Shown piece after piece: positions 21,087-24,000 of a stretch of DNA of 24,000 bases. This DNA is from Dyadobacter jiangsuensis (GTDB taxonomy: Bacteria > Bacteroidota > Bacteroidia > Cytophagales > Spirosomataceae), in the NCBI RefSeq assembly GCF_003014695.1, contig NZ_PYAS01000001.1, forward strand, positions 468,738 through 492,737. The letters are read 5' to 3'. Position 1 is the first letter of the stretch. Every line of letters starts with the position of its first letter. Made by a program: the position numbers and the translations under genes. A model generated the notes under the pieces. The model worked only from the letters and a program-made list of their open reading frames with translations. It made no database searches and was not told the origin of the DNA.

Positions 21087-23216
21087 ATGATGACGCTGCT
21101 CAACCTCCACATCGGCAGTTTACCGATCGAGGATCCGGTATTGAAGTTTCTGCTCGAACTGATCATCATTCTGAGTGCGCCGCTGCTGCTCAATAAGATC
21201 AAAGTTCCGCATTTGCTGGGGCTGCTGATCGCCGGTGCCGTGGTAGGGCCCAACGGCCTCAACCTCCTTTCCCGCGATAGCAGCGTGGTGGTAACCGGTA
21301 CCACCGGCCTGCTTTACATTATGTTCCTGGCCGGGCTTGAAATCGATATGGGCGATTTCAAGAAGAACATGGGCAAGAGCATCACATTCACCGTATTTAC
21401 ATTTGCCGTTCCATTCATTTTAGGATTGCTGGGAGGCTATTATGTGCTGCATTTCTCGATGCTCACCTCGGTGCTGTTTGCCAGCCTCTTTTCTTCGCAT
21501 ACGCTCATTGCCTATCCGATCGTGAGCAAGATGGGGGTGGCCAAAAACCTCTCCGTCAATATCACCGTCGGAGGAACGATGCTGACGGACGTGCTTTCAC
21601 TGCTGGTACTGGCTGTGGTGGTGGGGATGACCCAGGGAGAGGTAAACAGCGCATTCTGGCTCCGGCTGGGACTTTCCGTGGCGGCATTCAGCCTCACGGT
21701 ATTATTTGTGTTCCCCATCATTGGAAGGTGGTTTTTCAAGAAGGTCGATGACAAGATATCCCAATACATATTTGTGCTGGTGATGATATACCTCGCGGCG
21801 GTGCTGGCTGAACTGGCCGGTATCGAGGCTATTATCGGCGCTTTTTTTGCCGGTCTGGCACTCAACCGGCTCATCCCGCACACTTCCGCGCTGATGAACC
21901 GCGTAGAGTTTGTCGGTAATGCTATTTTCATTCCTTTCTTCCTGATCAGCGTAGGTATGCTGATCGACTTTACCGTGTTTTTCAAAAGCCTGGAAACGCT
22001 GATTGTCGCTGCCGTAATGCTCGTGGCGTCTATTGGCGGGAAGTACCTGGCGGCGGTGTTTACGCAAAAGACATTCCGGCTGACGAAGGATGAAGGGATG
22101 ATCATTTTCGGATTGAGCTCGGCCTCGGCCGCGGCAACGTTGGCGGCGGTAATGGTCGGTTATAACATCATTCTTTCCGAAACCGAGAGTGGGGAGCCGG
22201 TTCGCTTGCTGAGCGAGCATGTGCTCAATGGCAGTATTTTGCTGATCCTCATTTCCTGTACGATCTCGTCGTTCGTCTCGATGTCGAGCGCGGCGAAGAT
22301 TGCCGAGGCTGACAATGAGGCAACGGCGTCGGGCGCGAATCCGGAAACCGAGAATATCCTGATCGCCGTCAACTATGAAGATGCGGTAGAAAAGTCGGTG
22401 AACCTGGGTTTGCTTATTAAGGCCGGGCATAACAAGGACCGGCTGTTTGCATTGAATGTGATCAACGATGAAAAGAATGAATCGTCCGTCAGGAATGCGG
22501 AAAAAACGCTCCACACGGCGGTAACCCTTGCTGCGGCAGCCGACGTGCAGATCCGGCCGCTGACCCGGTACGACAGTGATGTGGCTACCGGCATAAGTAA
22601 TGTGATCAAGGAGCAGAAGATCACCGATCTGATCGTCGCTTTGCAGCCCGGCAAAGGTTTGACTCCGTCGTTTGTTTACAATCTCACGAATGGCTATTTG
22701 CAGAATGAAAATGTGAATACGCTGATTTACCACGCGGCCCAACCTATTTCAACCATTAAAAAATACATTGTCCTGATTCCTCCTAAAGCGGACAAGGAGC
22801 CCGGCTTCTTCCATGCCCTGCTGCGGGTATGGAACATCGGAAAGTCGTCGGGCTCGGAAATGGCATTCTACGCCAGTGCGCCGATCATCAGCATTATTGA
22901 AAGGGTAGCGGGCAAATCGGCCATTGAGCTGTCGCTGCACACGATCGACTACTGGGGAGAGGCCGAGCAGGCTGCCGTATCGGTTGCGGCCGATGAGGGG
23001 CTGATATTGTTCATGGCCAAACGCGGAATGGCGTCGTTCTTCCCGCGTATGGGCCAAATGCCTGATTTCCTGAACCAACATGCGCTGGAAAACACCTTTT
23101 TGCTGATTTACCCATTCTCGCAACAGAATGCGGATGAAACCGAAAAGCGGTCGGTGAGCAATCACGACGATTTTGTGGAGATCAGCCGGATGATCGGCAA
23201 GATGTTCCCGGGGTAG
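21087..23216 (+). CDS. Cation:proton antiporter (Na+/H+ exchanger superfamily) with a large C-terminal cytoplasmic, USP-like domain
   Basis: 709 aa with about 12 hydrophobic segments. The N-terminus is typical (..PVLKFLLELIIILSAPLLLNKIKVPHLLGLLIAGAVVGPNGLNLL) and LAGLEID is present. The C-terminal ~300 aa is soluble, with two ILIAVN../YIVLIPP.. beta-alpha units resembling tandem universal-stress-like folds (guess). Confidence 0.9.
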   Translation: MMTLLNLHIGSLPIEDPVLKFLLELIIILSAPLLLNKIKVPHLLGLLIAGAVVGPNGLNLLSRDSSVVVTGTTGLLYIMFLAGLEIDMGDFKKNMGKSITFTVFTFAVPFILGLLGGYYVLHFSMLTSVLFASLFSSHTLIAYPIVSKMGVAKNLSVNITVGGTMLTDVLSLLVLAVVVGMTQGEVNSAFWLRLGLSVAAFSLTVLFVFPIIGRWFFKKVDDKISQYIFVLVMIYLAAVLAELAGIEAIIGAFFAGLALNRLIPHTSALMNRVEFVGNAIFIPFFLISVGMLIDFTVFFKSLETLIVAAVMLVASIGGKYLAAVFTQKTFRLTKDEGMIIFGLSSASAAATLAAVMVGYNIILSETESGEPVRLLSEHVLNGSILLILISCTISSFVSMSSAAKIAEADNEATASGANPETENILIAVNYEDAVEKSVNLGLLIKAGHNKDRLFALNVINDEKNESSVRNAEKTLHTAVTLAAAADVQIRPLTRYDSDVATGISNVIKEQKITDLIVALQPGKGLTPSFVYNLTNGYLQNENVNTLIYHAAQPISTIKKYIVLIPPKADKEPGFFHALLRVWNIGKSSGSEMAFYASAPIISIIERVAGKSAIELSLHTIDYWGEAEQAAVSVAADEGLILFMAKRGMASFFPRMGQMPDFLNQHALENTFLLIYPFSQQNADETEKRSVSNHDDFVEISRMIGKMFPG

Positions 23217-23317
23217 GCAGCCCGGCTGAACCGTACAAGCAAGTAATTTGAGCCGTGGAGGAAATCGGCCCCGAGCGGCAATGGGTCATCTTTGCATTGT
23301 TAAAATCAACAAAAAAG

Positions 23318-24000
23318 ATGACCACGATAACCAAAATGAACCTGGGCCAGAACGGCCCGCTTGTTTCCAAACTCGGATTAGGATGTATGCGTATGTCACC
23401 TGTCTGGGGAAGTACGGCCAGCGACGAATCCGAAAGCATTGCTACCATTCAGGCTGCATTGGACAAAGGCATTAATTTCCTCAATACCGGAGATTTCTAC
23501 GGAGCCGGGCACAACGAATTGCTGGTGGGCAAAGCGATCAGGGGCCGTCGCGACGATGCATTTATCAGCGTCAAGTTCGGGGCTGTTTTTTACAATAATC
23601 AATGGCTGGGGTTGGACTTGCGCCCGATAGCGATTAAGAACTTCATCAACTATTCGCTGGTGCGGCTGGGGATAGATACCATCGACCTCTACCAGCCATG
23701 CCGCCTCGATGGCAGCGTACCGGTGGAAGATGTGATCGGTACCGTGGCCGACCTCATTGCGGAAGGCAAGGTCCGTCACCTGGGCGTTTCCGAAATCACC
23801 GCAGCCCAATTGCGCCAGGCGCACAGCGTCCACCCGGTAACCGCGTTGGAAATAGGCTATTCGCTCGCCGACCGCCAGATCGAAAGCGACTTGCTGCCGA
23901 CGGCGGAGGAACTGGGCATTGGCGTCGTAACTTTTGCCAATACCGCCGAGGGGCTCCTCACCGGCGAGATGAAAGCGCCGCTTCCGGCAGGCAGTTACCA
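23318..24000 (+). CDS. Aldo/keto reductase, 5' part (runs off the window end)
   Basis: My own translation from ATG 23318 is MTTITKMNLGQNGPLVSKLGLGCMRMS....AALDKGINFLNTGDFYGAGHNELLVGKAI...IDTIDLYQPCRLD...GKVRHLGVSE.... This carries the AKR hallmarks GLGCM, DTA/GDxYG, LYQxH/C and GxSN/E. The frame has no stop up to nt 24000, which is why it is absent from the ORF track. An alternative start is the ATG at 23336. Confidence 0.85.
   Translation, partial: MTTITKMNLGQNGPLVSKLGLGCMRMSPVWGSTASDESESIATIQAALDKGINFLNTGDFYGAGHNELLVGKAIRGRRDDAFISVKFGAVFYNNQWLGLDLRPIAIKNFINYSLVRLGIDTIDLYQPCRLDGSVPVEDVIGTVADLIAEGKVRHLGVSEITAAQLRQAHSVHPVTALEIGYSLADRQIESDLLPTAEELGIGVVTFANTAEGLLTGEMKAPLPAGSY

Noticed and set aside
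21512-23165. Minus-strand ORFs of 197, 346 and 138 aa inside the antiporter gene
   Set aside because: The translations are antisense and highly Arg-rich (e.g. RRQRCRGRGRAQ). The plus-strand frame encodes a complete multi-TM transporter.
23182-23833. Track ORFs 23182..23448(-), 23248..23475(+), 23396..23833(-) and 23439..23630(+)
   Set aside because: All overlap the open aldo/keto reductase frame starting at 23318, which has clear family motifs and is missing from the track only because it has no stop inside the window.
1-24000. Mobile elements, prophage, toxin-antitoxin or known anti-phage defence systems
   Set aside because: I saw no transposase, integrase or recombinase motifs, and no terminal inverted repeats flanking a cassette. 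There are no tRNA attachment sites, and no nuclease, helicase, STAND or TIR-like proteins. The only repeat scars are the short ones listed above.

Overview
The window looks like a Bacteroidota (Cytophagia/Chitinophagia-like) chromosomal segment. Supporting signs are many lipoprotein or signal-peptide genes, an STN-domain TonB-dependent receptor with FecR and ECF sigma partners, start codons without Shine-Dalgarno sequences, and TAnnTTTG-like boxes. I can support about 20 protein-coding genes. I found no rRNA, tRNA, CRISPR array, transposase, integrase or recognisable defence gene.

Gene order:
- Partial hypothetical gene, then a lipoprotein.
- Tat-signal Dabb protein.
- ECF sigma / FecR / TonB-dependent transducer triad (minus strand).
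- Two hypothetical exported proteins.
- TPR-like lipoprotein and a small Cys-rich lipoprotein.
- A very tightly packed six-gene minus-strand operon: spondin-like lipoprotein, two YHS-family paralogs, DoxX, DinB, and an NRDE(TANGO2)-ATP-grasp fusion.
- A divergently transcribed OmpR-type response regulator and histidine kinase.
- ClC channel with CBS domains, then a lipoprotein abutting a cation:proton antiporter.
- The 5' part of an aldo/keto reductase.

The best candidate for an undescribed system is the six-gene operon plus its divergent two-component system, and within it the NRDE-ATP-grasp fusion. The functional reading (envelope-to-cytoplasm redox or thiol-linked chemistry) is inference from family knowledge, not something the sequence shows.

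Two non-coding curiosities stand out. One is a homopurine/homopyrimidine inverted repeat with a 9-bp tandem repeat between convergent genes (about 1988-2110). The other is five tandem ~14-bp GTTGCC..GCAA units after the kinase gene (about 18460-18530).

All family calls come from motif recognition by eye and need HMM or BLAST confirmation. Coordinates of small motifs are approximate to within a few nt.
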